Numbered from the stretch's first letter, positions 29,605 through 39,846 are shown. The stretch is DNA of 64,000 nucleotides from Anaerolineae bacterium (GCA_963675785.1 OY776562.1:1408001-1472000); one strand, 5' to 3'. The notes: generated by a model from the letters alone, not told the origin. Program-made: numbers and translations.

Positions 29605-29622
29605 AGCACACACACAATAAAC

Positions 29623-29655
29623 AATAGCCCCCACCCAAATTCGGTGGGGGCTATT
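29623..29655. terminator. Bidirectional terminator
   Basis: AATAGCCCCCACC..GGTGGGGGCTATT between convergent genes. Confidence 0.7.
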
Positions 29656-29682
29656 CTAGTAACAGATAGATCTGCAAAATTG

Positions 29683-30261
29683 TTACTCCGCTTCATCCAG
29701 CCGAGCCGGGCCGGCAGCGGGCGCATTCCAAAGGGGGGCCAACGCCGCCCGTATCAAGTTCACATCACCCGCTTCCTCCGGACCAACGCGCAGCATCGGC
29801 AAACCTGCTTGTTCTAACACCTGTGCCACCATAGCCTCTTGCTCAGCCCAATCGGGCTCGTCAGGCGAAGGATCGACCAACTGAACGGCCGCTACAGGAT
29901 CCAGCGTATCGGCCGCAAACACCACATAATCCACATGCTTGCGATTCACGCGCTGTTGAGCGACCCACTGGTCGGCATCAGTACCACCAACCGAGACCAA
30001 CAGATCGCCCAGATTGACCCCTATCGCCACTAAACCGCGGTCGCCAACTGCCTCAATCAGCGTGGGGTAAAATTCAGCCCGATGGTGAGGCATAAGGCCA
30101 TGCCCCAGGCAATAGGTCGTCGCATCGGGCAACACATTCACATCTCTCTGTGCACTGGGGAGAGCACGTACTACCTTGAGCACACTCTTTACCGCAAACA
30201 CCACGCCAGCAAGGACGCCGAGTGACACCAGCGTAAAGAACACCATAAAATACGTATCCAT
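29683..30261 (-). CDS. DUF2726 domain membrane protein
   Basis: N-terminal TM; VNLGDLL..VNRKHVDYVV..AAVQL..AGLPMLR. Confidence 0.7.
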   Translation of the reverse strand: MDTYFMVFFTLVSLGVLAGVVFAVKSVLKVVRALPSAQRDVNVLPDATTYCLGHGLMPHHRAEFYPTLIEAVGDRGLVAIGVNLGDLLVSVGGTDADQWVAQQRVNRKHVDYVVFAADTLDPVAAVQLVDPSPDEPDWAEQEAMVAQVLEQAGLPMLRVGPEEAGDVNLIRAALAPLWNAPAAGPARLDEAE

Positions 30262-30529
30262 GCCCTCTCCTTCAGGTGATTGCCAAGCAACTATCCCATT
30301 ATGCCAAACATATCATCCAGCGCAAGAGCCGCAACCCCAGAACGCGTCGCCCTGTTCGCTCACTGCAGGCGCAGGCTTAGCCTGCTTCTTGCCCTCGTAT
30401 TCCCTATCTCCGCAAAAGACTTGATTTCTCCCTTTGTTGTTTCCCTATTTTATCACTCAATCTGGAGCCTTGTTTTCATATCCCCAGGGAATATCACCTT
30501 TTGACCATAGGATGCATGTAAACAGAATC

Positions 30530-30604
30530 TTGAATTCAGGCGGAGCAGCAGTATAATACGATGACAAAATGAATGACAGAATTCGTGACATTTTATCCGA
30601 CATT
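30530..30604 (+). promoter_or_regulatory. fic promoter (TTGAAT-N16-TATAAT) followed by four GACA repeats at 12-bp period
   Basis: TATAAT at 30552; GACA at 30563, 30575, 30587, 30599. Confidence 0.5.
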
Positions 30605-30641
30605 TTTCAAGACTCAATGAATCCATCATGGAGGGAATGAA

Positions 30642-31826
30642 GTGTCATATCTCCCAAGTCACCCATGGATCACCTTCGCACTTGATCTGCGCGCTTTCAA
30701 ACCCGATACCTGGGTTTTGCTAGGAGCCATTCAAAGCAAATTTGAGCATCTGGCTGGCGTCCCCTTGCTTCCAAACACAGCTAAAGAATTGCATTTACTT
30801 TCTTTAGCTCGCGGCGTGCGTGCCACAACCGCCATCGAAGGAAATACCCTATCGCAGAATCAAATCGAGCAGCTCATCAAAGGCGAATTAGAGGTACCCA
30901 AGTCTAAGGAGTACCTCAAGACCGAGGCGCAGAACATTGTCGATGCTTGTAACGAAATTGGGGAACAGATTTTACTAGCCGATGATGAAATCACACCGCT
31001 TACGGTTGAGGATATCTTGCACTATAACGCCTTGGTACTAAAAGACTTGAAGCTGGACGAGGGAGTAATTCCGGGAAAGATACGCACCTACTCTGTGATC
31101 GTAGGCAATTATCGAGGGGCGCCAGCATCGGATTGCCACTCTCTTCTGGAAAAGTTGTGCGCCTGGCTAGCTCAGGATTGGCACACAGCTATGCCTTGGC
31201 TGAATACCTGCGGTATAGCTGTGCTCAAAGCCATTCTGGCACAACTCTACATCAATTGGATTCACCCCTTTGGCGATGGCAATGGCCGAACTGCTCGATT
31301 GGTTGAGTTCCGACTTTTACTTGCCCGCGGCGTGCCAGATATTGCTGCCCATTTGCTGTCTAACCACTACAATGAGACACGTTCTGAATACTATCGTCAG
31401 CTTGCTCACTCTTCAGCTCAAGGCCCAGATGGTGTAGCCTCGTTTATCCAATATGCTCTGCAAGGGTTGGCCGACGGACTGGATGAAGAGATCCATCAAG
31501 TACAACAAGACCAGCTCCGCGTTCACTGGCGCGAACTGGTGTTCACGAGTTTCTCATCGAGCGACTCAAAGGTGTCAAAGCGCCGACGTGACCTGATTTT
31601 GGCTATATCAGCAAAACCGGAAGGCATAGTTGCCTCAGATGCCGAGGGACTAACACCTGCTCTCTCCGCTGCGTATGCAAAACGATCTGCTCGTACACTT
31701 GCCCGTGACCTTGAGGAGCTCGAAAGTATGGGGCTTCTCGTGCGAACAAAAGAGCACCTGCGTGCCAATATGGAAATGGCCCTCGCCTTTGGAGCACGGC
31801 GACGAACTGGCCAGATACGTTCCTGA
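30642..31826 (+). CDS. Fic family protein (class II-like) with C-terminal wHTH
   Basis: HPFGDGNGRTAR; N-terminal TTAIEGN inhibitory motif; RTLARDLEELESMGLL. Confidence 0.9.
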   Translation: MSYLPSHPWITFALDLRAFKPDTWVLLGAIQSKFEHLAGVPLLPNTAKELHLLSLARGVRATTAIEGNTLSQNQIEQLIKGELEVPKSKEYLKTEAQNIVDACNEIGEQILLADDEITPLTVEDILHYNALVLKDLKLDEGVIPGKIRTYSVIVGNYRGAPASDCHSLLEKLCAWLAQDWHTAMPWLNTCGIAVLKAILAQLYINWIHPFGDGNGRTARLVEFRLLLARGVPDIAAHLLSNHYNETRSEYYRQLAHSSAQGPDGVASFIQYALQGLADGLDEEIHQVQQDQLRVHWRELVFTSFSSSDSKVSKRRRDLILAISAKPEGIVASDAEGLTPALSAAYAKRSARTLARDLEELESMGLLVRTKEHLRANMEMALAFGARRRTGQIRS

Positions 31827-31925
31827 TTCGGAATCAGAGTATAAAATCTCATCAATCTATGAACGAGCGCAGTCTCTCTCAGACGCATTGGCATAGTTAT
31901 GTCACCAGTCATTAGGAGCTCATCC

Positions 31926-32828
31926 ATGAACTCAGCCCTGCTCGATCACTACCGCCGCACCGGCACCTACACCTACGCTGGTCCCTATGCGGACTACTTT
32001 AGAACCCTGCCCGACGACCTTCCCGAGCTGGGTCGCCTGGTCTGCGCCCAGGTCATCCACCGCGTCACCCTCAAGCAGGGCAACACCAACGCCAACGCCG
32101 ATCTTCGCTACGGCGATATGACCCGCTATCCCTGGTATCGGCTCCGTTGCGAGGACGACGTGCTCCTCACCGCCACGGCCATGACCGCCGAACTCTTTCG
32201 TCTCGATGAGCGGGGTTTCACCATGGATCGCGCTGCCGAGCACAAGATTGTCGTAACCTGCCGTTACGTCTCTGTGCTCATGTCGGCCATCCTCAAGGCC
32301 AAGGGGATACCCTGCCGTTCTCGGTCGGGCTTTGCACCGTACTTTGATTCTGATAAAAGCGGAGATCATTGGATCAACCAATATTGGAACGGGGATCAAT
32401 CACGTTGGGTTACGCTGGATGCTGACGGCTTTTTTGATGAGGAGCAACTTGGCTTCAGTCAATACGATATCCCGTCAGAGCGCTTTGATTGGGCCGCCGA
32501 TACCTGGCTGGGCATCCGTCAGGGTCAGCTCAATGGCGCCCGCTTTGTCTACGCCGGTGGCCTAAACGCGCTTCAGGCTGCTATCCGCGCCCTCTTTTAC
32601 GATTTTCACGCCCTGATGAACGACGAAATCTCTTACCTTTTCCAGCCCGCCTATGTCGCGAACAAGTTCGATCGCCTTACCGAAAGCGATTTCGCCGAAC
32701 TCGACGATCTCGCCCGTCTCTTGCAGCACCCCGACGACAACTGGGATGAGCTTACACGCCTCTGGAATGAGGAAGAGAAATTCCGCATCATGAACAGCCC
32801 CCTCATCGGCGACGGCGATCATCTCTAA
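31926..32828 (+). CDS. Transglutaminase-like domain protein
   Basis: VTCRYVS..KGIPCRSRSGFAPY..DHWINQYW..WVTLDAD (Cys-His-Asp triad). Confidence 0.75.
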   Translation: MNSALLDHYRRTGTYTYAGPYADYFRTLPDDLPELGRLVCAQVIHRVTLKQGNTNANADLRYGDMTRYPWYRLRCEDDVLLTATAMTAELFRLDERGFTMDRAAEHKIVVTCRYVSVLMSAILKAKGIPCRSRSGFAPYFDSDKSGDHWINQYWNGDQSRWVTLDADGFFDEEQLGFSQYDIPSERFDWAADTWLGIRQGQLNGARFVYAGGLNALQAAIRALFYDFHALMNDEISYLFQPAYVANKFDRLTESDFAELDDLARLLQHPDDNWDELTRLWNEEEKFRIMNSPLIGDGDHL

Positions 32829-32895
32829 TACAGTCGAACTATAGGCCCAATCTTGCCTTGCATCATTCACACTTTCCTCACTACTTACTGTTCTG

Positions 32896-33072
32896 AGCCT
32901 CCGGCGAGTAGCCGGAGGGTTTGCTGCCATAGCACTGGGGTTCAGCCCAGTGCGCTCTCAAATCTCCATCTGCCATCTACGATGGCAGACCTTACTAAGC
33001 CCGGGGCTTTAGCCCCGGGTCCTCCCCCGATTCTCCTAAATCAAACCGAAAATTCGATCATCAGCCCCGGGT
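32896..33072 (+). repeat. Type-A REP (32896-32953) + type-B REP (32969-33019)
   Basis: AGCCTCCGGC..GCCGGAGGGT+AGCACTGGGGTTCAGCCCAGTGC; CTGCCATC..GATGGCAG+GCCCGGGGCTTTAGCCCCGGG. Confidence 0.75.
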
Positions 33073-33147
33073 TTCTTCTCCCCCCCCTTGCACTCCCCCG
33101 TCTCGCGCACTAGAATCCTCCGGCTGTATTCAACTGGAGGCGTATGT

Positions 33148-35088
33148 ATGTCCCTATCCCAATGGAACCCTACCCATATCGAATTCATCCTCGATCAAAC
33201 CGGCCAGGTCGAGCTTCTGCCGCCCATCGCCAACCGCGCTGCTTGGGAAGCCCGCGCGCGTGCCCTTGGCCCCGAACGCGTACAAGCTATCATGCAAGAG
33301 GCTGAAAAGGCACTCGCCGCCCCTATCCCGGCGCTCACTGCCAATCTCTACCTGGACTTTCAGCGCAGCGGCGACCGCAAGTCGTACGAGACGCCCTACT
33401 TTGACCGACGCGCCATGCTCATCTACCTGACCATTGCCGAAGCCCTGGAGAACAAGGGGCGCTTTCTCAACAAGTGCCTCGATGTCGCCTGGGCCATCAC
33501 CGAAGAGGCCTCATGGTGCCTGCCCGCCCATGAATCACGTCTGGCCGATACCGACGATCCCATGGTCGACCTGTTCGCCTCCGAGACGGCCTTTGCCTTG
33601 GCCGAATTCGACGCCATCCTCGGTCAAGAACTCGATCCTTACCTAAGCAAGCGCATCCGCGATGAGGCCGAAGAGCGCATCATCACGCCCTACCTCACCC
33701 GCCACGACTATCCTTGGATGTTCAACGTCCCCGGAACCCAGGTCAACAACTGGAACGCCGTCTGCAACTGTAGTTGCATGGGCGCCGCCATGTACCTGCT
33801 CAACGATAACGCCCGCCTCGCCGAGGTATTGGCCCGCGGCTTGCGTTCTCTGGACGATTTTCTCGCCGGTTTTGGCCAAGATGGCGGTTGTAGCGAAGGC
33901 CCCGGCTATTGGAACTATGGCTTTGGTCATTATGTCGTCATTGCCGATCTGGTGGAGCGCCGTACCAAGAGGGCCATCCCCATGTTCGATGCCGACAAGG
34001 TGCGCGCTATTGCCCAGTTCCCCTTGCGCACCCGCCTCGCCGACAACGAATATGCTTCTTTTTCCGATTGTCCAACGGTCGTCTCGCTCTCCCCGGCTCT
34101 GCTGATGCTTCTCGGCAAGCGACTCGATATCCCCCGTCTGGAGCTCATGGCCGCCCACGAACCCGACTTAGGCCTCTCTCGCAAGATGCAGTACGCCTTG
34201 CTAGAGACCGAATGGCTGCCCAAATCGCAAGACACCGCTCAACCGCTCGTGCTGGACAAGCACAACTGGTTTGGCGATATGGCCTGGATGATCGCCCGCC
34301 TCGATCCCACCGATCCCGAGGCTATGGTGCTGGCCTGCAAGGGCGGCCATAACGGCGAATTCCACAACCAGAACGATGTGGGCAGCTTTATCGTCAACGT
34401 TGGTGGCGAATCTCTCATCAGCGATATCGGCAGCGGACGCTACACCCGCCAGTATTTCGGACCCGAACGCTACACCTATTGGGTAGTATCCTCAAAGGCC
34501 CATTCGGTGCCCCTGCCCAACGGCATCGCCCAAAGCATCAACGAGCAGGATACCGTGCGCCTGGCCGATAAGCTGGAGCACGACGACCCCGGCAAGGATA
34601 TGGCCGCCGCGGGCAAACTGGGCAAGCACGTCGTGCCCAACCCCGATAAGGTCAACGGCGTCGGCTACGCTTCCACCGTGCTGGAACACGTGGAAAAGGA
34701 TAAAGAAGACCGCCTGACCCTTGATATGACTCAAGTCTATAACGAGGACGCCGACCTGGAGAGCTTGCAGCGCAGCACCGCTCTGCTGCGTACCGTACCC
34801 GGCGGATGCGTCACCGTCACCGACACCTATCGCTTCAAGAACGGCGCTCATCCCTTTGAGAACGCCATCATCACCCTCGTCAAGCCTGAGCTTACCGCCG
34901 ACGCCGTCGTCCTCCGCGGCGAAAAGGCCGCTCTGCGCATCACCTGGCAGGGCGCCGAGAGCGTCGATGTCGAGCTTCATTCGGGTGTGCAAATGCAGCA
35001 TGGCCCCGACCTCGACGTCTACCGCATCGCCTTCCGCGCCCCCGAGCAACAAGAAGGGGAGATCAAGCTGGTGGTGGAGAGGGCATAG
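33148..35088 (+). CDS. Heparinase II/III family protein (paralog 2)
   Basis: Same motifs, colinear with 27676..29604; GGAGG RBS; TTGCAC-N17-TAGAAT at 33088. Confidence 0.85.
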   Translation: MSLSQWNPTHIEFILDQTGQVELLPPIANRAAWEARARALGPERVQAIMQEAEKALAAPIPALTANLYLDFQRSGDRKSYETPYFDRRAMLIYLTIAEALENKGRFLNKCLDVAWAITEEASWCLPAHESRLADTDDPMVDLFASETAFALAEFDAILGQELDPYLSKRIRDEAEERIITPYLTRHDYPWMFNVPGTQVNNWNAVCNCSCMGAAMYLLNDNARLAEVLARGLRSLDDFLAGFGQDGGCSEGPGYWNYGFGHYVVIADLVERRTKRAIPMFDADKVRAIAQFPLRTRLADNEYASFSDCPTVVSLSPALLMLLGKRLDIPRLELMAAHEPDLGLSRKMQYALLETEWLPKSQDTAQPLVLDKHNWFGDMAWMIARLDPTDPEAMVLACKGGHNGEFHNQNDVGSFIVNVGGESLISDIGSGRYTRQYFGPERYTYWVVSSKAHSVPLPNGIAQSINEQDTVRLADKLEHDDPGKDMAAAGKLGKHVVPNPDKVNGVGYASTVLEHVEKDKEDRLTLDMTQVYNEDADLESLQRSTALLRTVPGGCVTVTDTYRFKNGAHPFENAIITLVKPELTADAVVLRGEKAALRITWQGAESVDVELHSGVQMQHGPDLDVYRIAFRAPEQQEGEIKLVVERA

Positions 35089-35096
35089 AACATTGG

Positions 35097-35450
35097 CCAC
35101 CGGACTAAAGTCCGGTGCAACGTTAGCAAAGCCTCCGACTGATGGTCGGAGGCTTGCATTTGAATGATACGCATTAAAAAACCAATCGGATTTGTGTAGA
35201 ACCTTACACATAGTCTCCGCAGAAGCCTTGACTCCTGCAGCGCACAGCTTTGCTTATAAGGCACTTTATAGCGGGTACATACCCCTTTGCCCACCGGAAA
35301 ATCCGATGAGGTATCACCAAAACCTTCGACTGATGATCGAAGGCCCATATCGGAATAACGCATGTGCAACGACAATTGGGTTTGTGTAGAACCTTATGCA
35401 GCAGTCTCCGTAGGAGACTTGGCTCCCGCAGCGCCAGACTTTAGTCTGGC
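35097..35450. repeat. Type-A REP cluster beside RAYT 1: one minus copy (35097-35156), one decayed copy (~35212-35250), one plus copy (35403-35450)
   Basis: CACCGGACTAAAGTCCGGTG..AGCCTCCGAC..GTCGGAGGCT; AGTCTCCGTAGGAGACT..GCGCCAGACTTTAGTCTGGCG; repeated TTTGTGTAGAACCTTA. Confidence 0.75.
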
Positions 35451-35483
35451 GTGTACTACAAAAGTTCTCCCTATCAAATCAAT

Positions 35484-35855
35484 TTATCCACTATGATGGT
35501 CCTTCTGCTGTCTGATATACTCAATCACCCGTGGTGCATCATCAGCCGATACAGAGGCCGCATAATAATCAGACTGCCAAGCAAAAGGATAGCCCGGACA
35601 TATCTCATGGTTCACAAAATGCGATGAGGCGCCCTTGAGTTGTTTGATCAACGTGGGCAAAAAGACAGCAAAACCATATTCTACCAAAATATGCACATGA
35701 TCCACCATACCGCCCACGGCCAGAACACGTGCCTTGTTCTCAAGTGCTATCTGCCCCAGGCACGCGTATAGCCGTTGCTCCCAATCCGAACCAATCAGCG
35801 CCTCACGACCACGTGTAGACCACACTACATGCACATAGAGCTTACCACGCGGCAT
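35484..35855 (-). mobile_element. tnpA: IS200/IS605-family Y1 transposase, probably REP-associated (RAYT 1)
   Basis: YVHVVWST, GGMVDHVHIL (HUH), LKGASS, FAWQSDYYAASVS, YIRQQ..HH; no tnpB. Confidence 0.85.
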
Positions 35856-35865
35856 AGCATCCCCC

Positions 35866-36819
35866 TCACTCCACCTGCCTCACCCCTCGGCAGCGCGGAT
35901 AATTGGGGCATCCCCAGAACTCCCCTCCCTTGTTGTCCCCCTGCCTAGCTACACGCTTTACCATCACCGAACTGCACTTGGGGCAAAGCGGCACTGCCAC
36001 TTGCATCTTTTCTTCTTCAGCCTCTGTAGATTGCTCAGGCACCACCGATTCACAAGCCGCAGCATCAGCATACAGCGCCCACTCCGGCGCGGGTTCCTTC
36101 GGCTGGATTTCCTCGGGCAAAGTTTCTGCCTCAACAGCACAAACTATGCCTGCGTTTCGCGTAACTGGTACAAATTCAGATAAGGGAGAGTCAGCGGATG
36201 TTGTCTTTGGCAGAGTCACTATCTCACCAACAGTCAACTCCGACTCAGATGAATCGACAGGAATCACAGTAGTAGGCCAAAGGGTTCGAGCGAATGTTTT
36301 GCGGATTGTCGTTACATCGTCATCCATGTTTGGATGAAAGCGAAACACCAGCAGCCCAGCTCCTCGAAGCACCTCATCAACAAAAACATCGCGCTCTTGG
36401 CGATCAGGGCGCTGATGTGAATGATCATCCAATTCTATGGCAGCAATGGGCTCAAGAGAATTGGGTTTACAAAGTACATAATCCACATGTTTTCGATTGA
36501 TGCGCTGCCAGGCGATATAACGCTCTCGGTTCGTACCCTTCGCCGCATACACCAGATCCGCCAGATTTACTTTTGTAAGTATGACAGCCCGCTCATTAAC
36601 AACAGCTTTCAAGGTATGGTAAAAGGCTGTCTCGGTATGAGAGAGAAAATCATCCCGCACTCGATAAGTGGGTGTAATTCGAGTCGCCAATGGCTCTTTA
36701 ATCAGAGGCCTTGATATGCTACTTGTAGGGTGACCAATCAGTTTATTGAGGACTAGACCCAGTCCCCCCAGAAATAACCCTAGTACCAGCAACCCTAATA
36801 ATTCTGTTATTCCTTCCAC
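35866..36819 (-). CDS. DUF2726 + topoisomerase-type C4 zinc ribbon, N-terminal TM
   Basis: KVNLADLV..INRKHVDYVLC..IELDDHSH..RD; CPKCSSVMVKR..FWGCPNYPRC. Confidence 0.85.
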   Translation of the reverse strand: MEGITELLGLLVLGLFLGGLGLVLNKLIGHPTSSISRPLIKEPLATRITPTYRVRDDFLSHTETAFYHTLKAVVNERAVILTKVNLADLVYAAKGTNRERYIAWQRINRKHVDYVLCKPNSLEPIAAIELDDHSHQRPDRQERDVFVDEVLRGAGLLVFRFHPNMDDDVTTIRKTFARTLWPTTVIPVDSSESELTVGEIVTLPKTTSADSPLSEFVPVTRNAGIVCAVEAETLPEEIQPKEPAPEWALYADAAACESVVPEQSTEAEEEKMQVAVPLCPKCSSVMVKRVARQGDNKGGEFWGCPNYPRCRGVRQVE

Positions 36820-36933
36820 ATCTCTTCCCCTCGAACGTCTATACCCTGGTATTATATCGTATTCTTTTCAAAAAATGCTCCTGCTTGCACCCTGAAGCAA
36901 AACACCCCATACTATCTACCAGGAGGCACTACC

Positions 36934-37692
36934 ATGCCCATCACCCACCACACCCATTTCGATGCCGCCGGCGAGGCCAATCCTCACACCATCGTCCTGC
37001 TGCATGGCCTTTGCTGCACCCGCACCTACTGGCGTCTACAGGTCGAGGCCCTCTCCAGCGCCTACCACCTGCTCATGCCCGATCTGCCCGGCCATGGCAG
37101 CCGCTGGCACGAACCTTTCTCTCTCGACCGCGCCGTACAACAATTACACGCTCTCATCCAGCAGCAGGCCCACGGCCCTGTGCTTCTCGTGGGGCACTCC
37201 CTTGGTGGCTATCTGGCTCAGCGTTATATCGCCGCCCACCCCGAAGCCACCTGTGCCGTCGTTCTGCAGGATTGCACCGCCAAAACGCGTTCGCTGCTCT
37301 TGCTGCCCTACCAACTCTATGCTGGCATATGCATCGTCATGCCCGATCCCCTGCTCTGCGGCATCGAAACGGCTCTTGGCTCACTACGCTTTCTCCCGAA
37401 AGCCTCTGCTGCCCTGCGTCAAGGTGGCCTTTATCACGATTGCGTACCCCAGGCCATCCATGAACTGCGCAATACCGCTTTTCTTCCCCCTCTGGCCCAC
37501 TATGAAAAACCAACACTCATCCTCAACGGCACCAACGATTTCATCTTTCGGCAGGATGAAACCCGTTATTGCCGTACCCTGCCCAACGCCCGCCTGCAGA
37601 TCATTCCCAACGCCCGCCACACCAGCAACCTCGATCAGCCCGCCGCCTTCAATCAGGCCGTGCTCGCCTTCGCCCAGTCCATCTCTTGGTAG
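36934..37692 (+). CDS. Alpha/beta hydrolase
   Basis: LLHG, DLPGHG, GHSLGG, GTND, ARH. Confidence 0.85.
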   Translation: MPITHHTHFDAAGEANPHTIVLLHGLCCTRTYWRLQVEALSSAYHLLMPDLPGHGSRWHEPFSLDRAVQQLHALIQQQAHGPVLLVGHSLGGYLAQRYIAAHPEATCAVVLQDCTAKTRSLLLLPYQLYAGICIVMPDPLLCGIETALGSLRFLPKASAALRQGGLYHDCVPQAIHELRNTAFLPPLAHYEKPTLILNGTNDFIFRQDETRYCRTLPNARLQIIPNARHTSNLDQPAAFNQAVLAFAQSISW

Positions 37693-37857
37693 TCCCTCCC
37701 AAGCTTCTGCCCCCAAACACAACTGATCACTGGGTAATATCTCATTAAGATGACCTAAAGCCTTCATCGCCACATAAAACATGATACAATAACTAAGCAA
37801 AACTCAATTCCATGCTCAACGAACTATTCGTTTGAACAAAAAATAAACACACTGAAT

Positions 37858-38462
37858 CCTGCCCACTATGTGGGCAGATCTTGCTAAGCCTCTGTCGTGG
37901 AGAATCGGACCATACATTCACTCATTAGCCCGAACTATCCACTCCCTCTCTTGCCCGCATAGCGGGCAGACCTTACTGAGCCCAGGGCTTCAGCCCTGGG
38001 TCATCCCGATTCTCCTAAACCGAACCGTAGGTTTTGTCATTAGCTCCGAGTGTCCCCTTTCTCAATCGCAAGACATTACCCTGGAACGTCAATCACCACA
38101 TTCTGCCCCTGCCCACTATGTGGGCAGATATTGCTAAGCCCAGGGCTTTAGCCCTGGGTATTGTTTCCTGAGTTTCTGGCATCGAACCTGAGGTTCGATC
38201 ATCAGCCCTGCGTCTTCCCTACATCATTCCCTTGCCAAACCCGAGACTTTGACCCAAAATGACCACAGACACTTTTTTCTTGCATGCCCAGCGTGCATAC
38301 CTTACCAAGCCTCTGAACCGAACCGTAGATTCGATTACTAGCACTAGATTTCCTTTTCACATCTCCTGCCCGCATAGCGGGCAGACCTTACTGAGCCCAG
38401 GGCTTCAGCCCTGGATCATTCCGATTCTCCTAAACCGATCCTGCGATTCGGTCATTAGCCCT
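37858..38462 (+). repeat. Tandem type-B REP array upstream of RAYT 2 (about 5 units, some partial)
   Basis: TGCCC(GCATAGC/ACTATGT)GGGCAGA..GCCCAGGGCTTYAGCCCTGG..CCGATTCTCCTAAACCGA at ~37860, 37952, 38110, 38285, 38367. Confidence 0.8.
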
Positions 38463-38499
38463 GATTATCTCGCTGAAACACAAATACCTGGGAGAAACC

Positions 38500-38910
38500 A
38501 TGAGCTACTGGCGCCTCTACTATCATGCCGTCTGGTCCACAGAATCTAGAGAGCCCCTATTGAATCCAAACCTGCTCAAGCGCACTTGTAGCTCCATCCT
38601 AGATACCGCCAAACGCTCTGGCATCATCGTCCATGCGGTCGGCGGCGTCCAAGACCATATTCACGTCGCCTTTTCTGCCCCTCCCACAGCGCGCCTATCT
38701 GAAATCATCGGCCACTTTAAAGGCCAGAGCTCCTACATACTCAACCACTTTGCCGACATCGACTACCACTTTGCTTGGCAAAACGACTACTCAATCCACA
38801 GCTTTAGCCCTCAAGCCCTGCCAACCATCATCACCTACATCCAAAACCAGCAGCAACACCACAACAACGGCACCATTGAACAAGACTGGGAACGCACACA
38901 ACAATCCTAA
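38500..38910 (+). mobile_element. tnpA: IS200/IS605-family Y1 transposase, probably REP-associated (RAYT 2)
   Basis: YYHAVWST, GGVQDHIHV (HUH), FKGQSS, FAWQNDYSIHSFS, YIQNQQQHH. Confidence 0.85.
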
Positions 38911-38942
38911 ACATCCCCTATCTCATTTTATTTGCATATAAA

Positions 38943-39199
38943 CCTTGCCAAGCCCGGGGCTTTACCAGGTGCTCCCAAATCTTCCAAATCGACCCGCAGT
39001 AGCGACCTTCAACCCTAGGTCGCCACACTCTGCCCCTGCCCGCATAGCGGGCATATCTTACTGAGCCCGGGGCTTTAGCCCTGGGTTCTCCCGATTCCCC
39101 TAACCAAACCATAGCTTTAACCATTAGCCCGAACTATCCACTCTGCCCCTGCCCGCATAGCGGGCAGATCTTGCTGAGCCCGGGGCTTTAGCCCCGGGT
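38943..39199 (+). repeat. Tandem type-B REP array downstream of RAYT 2 (3 units)
   Basis: CACTCTGCCCCTGCCCGCATAGCGGGCA..GAGCCCGGGGCTTTAGCCC(T/C)GGG at ~39026 and ~39139, partial at 38945. Confidence 0.8.
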
Positions 39200-39248
39200 A
39201 TTTCCTCCCTCTCACTCTGTACAACAAGGACACCTTTATAATTCTCTC

Positions 39249-39277
39249 TTGACATCATAAGGTTATCCTTATACAAT
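39249..39277 (+). promoter_or_regulatory. feo promoter TTGACA-N17-TACAAT with a DtxR-family-like palindrome ATAAGG-TTAT-CCTTAT (39257-39272)
   Basis: Near-consensus hexamers; inverted repeat fills the spacer; DtxR-type gene lies 4 kb downstream. Confidence 0.75.
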
Positions 39278-39340
39278 GACGCCAGATTCGAATGATGCTG
39301 TCCTCTGGGCCCGGCAGCATCTCGGCAACAGGAGATGTTC

Positions 39341-39598
39341 ATGAGCAATAAAACCCGAATCCCCCTCAACAAGCTGCAGGTGGGGCAAACTGGCGTCCTG
39401 GTAGAAACCGCCTCCCCTGATGGCAACCAGGCCGCAGCACGACGGCGCATGCTTGATATGGGCCTCGTTCGCGGCGCCCACATCAAACTACTCCGCAAAG
39501 CCCCCTTAGGCGACCCGCTAGAGTACCAAGTGCGCGGCTACAGCCTCAGCCTGCGCAAATCCGAGGCTGAAGCCATTACCGTAGAGGTCGAATCATGA
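39341..39598 (+). CDS. feoA: Ferrous iron transport protein A
   Basis: RRMLDMGLVRGA..KAPLGDPLEYQVRGYSLSLRKSEA. Confidence 0.9.
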   Translation: MSNKTRIPLNKLQVGQTGVLVETASPDGNQAAARRRMLDMGLVRGAHIKLLRKAPLGDPLEYQVRGYSLSLRKSEAEAITVEVES

Positions 39599-39831
39599 TG
39601 CCGCTCACCATGGCCTCCATCGGAGAAATAGTCACCCTAGAGTCAATCCGTGGTGGGCGCGGCCTTCGTGCTCGACTGGCCGATCTTGGCCTTTGTCCTG
39701 GGGTTACCGTACGTGTCGTTCAAACGGGCGCTGGCGGCCCCGTCATCGTGGCTTTTCGAGATGACGCTCGCCTCGCCCTAGGCCGTGGTATGGCGCATCA
39801 CATTCAGGTCGTACCTACTACCGGGTACTAA
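39595..39831 (+). CDS. feoA: Ferrous iron transport protein A (second copy)
   Basis: RLADLGLCPG..GPVIV..RLALGRGMAHHIQV; ATGA overlap. Confidence 0.85.
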   Translation: MMPLTMASIGEIVTLESIRGGRGLRARLADLGLCPGVTVRVVQTGAGGPVIVAFRDDARLALGRGMAHHIQVVPTTGY

Positions 39832-39846
39832 CATTAGGAGTACAAC

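Noticed and set aside
27682-29634. 650-aa antisense ORF
   Set aside because: Shadow of the GC3-rich heparinase gene; no motifs, and not kept open in the paralog.
37858-39199. CRISPR array
   Set aside because: Units are long, degenerate and irregularly spaced, with no unique fixed-length spacers and no cas genes; they flank a Y1 transposase.
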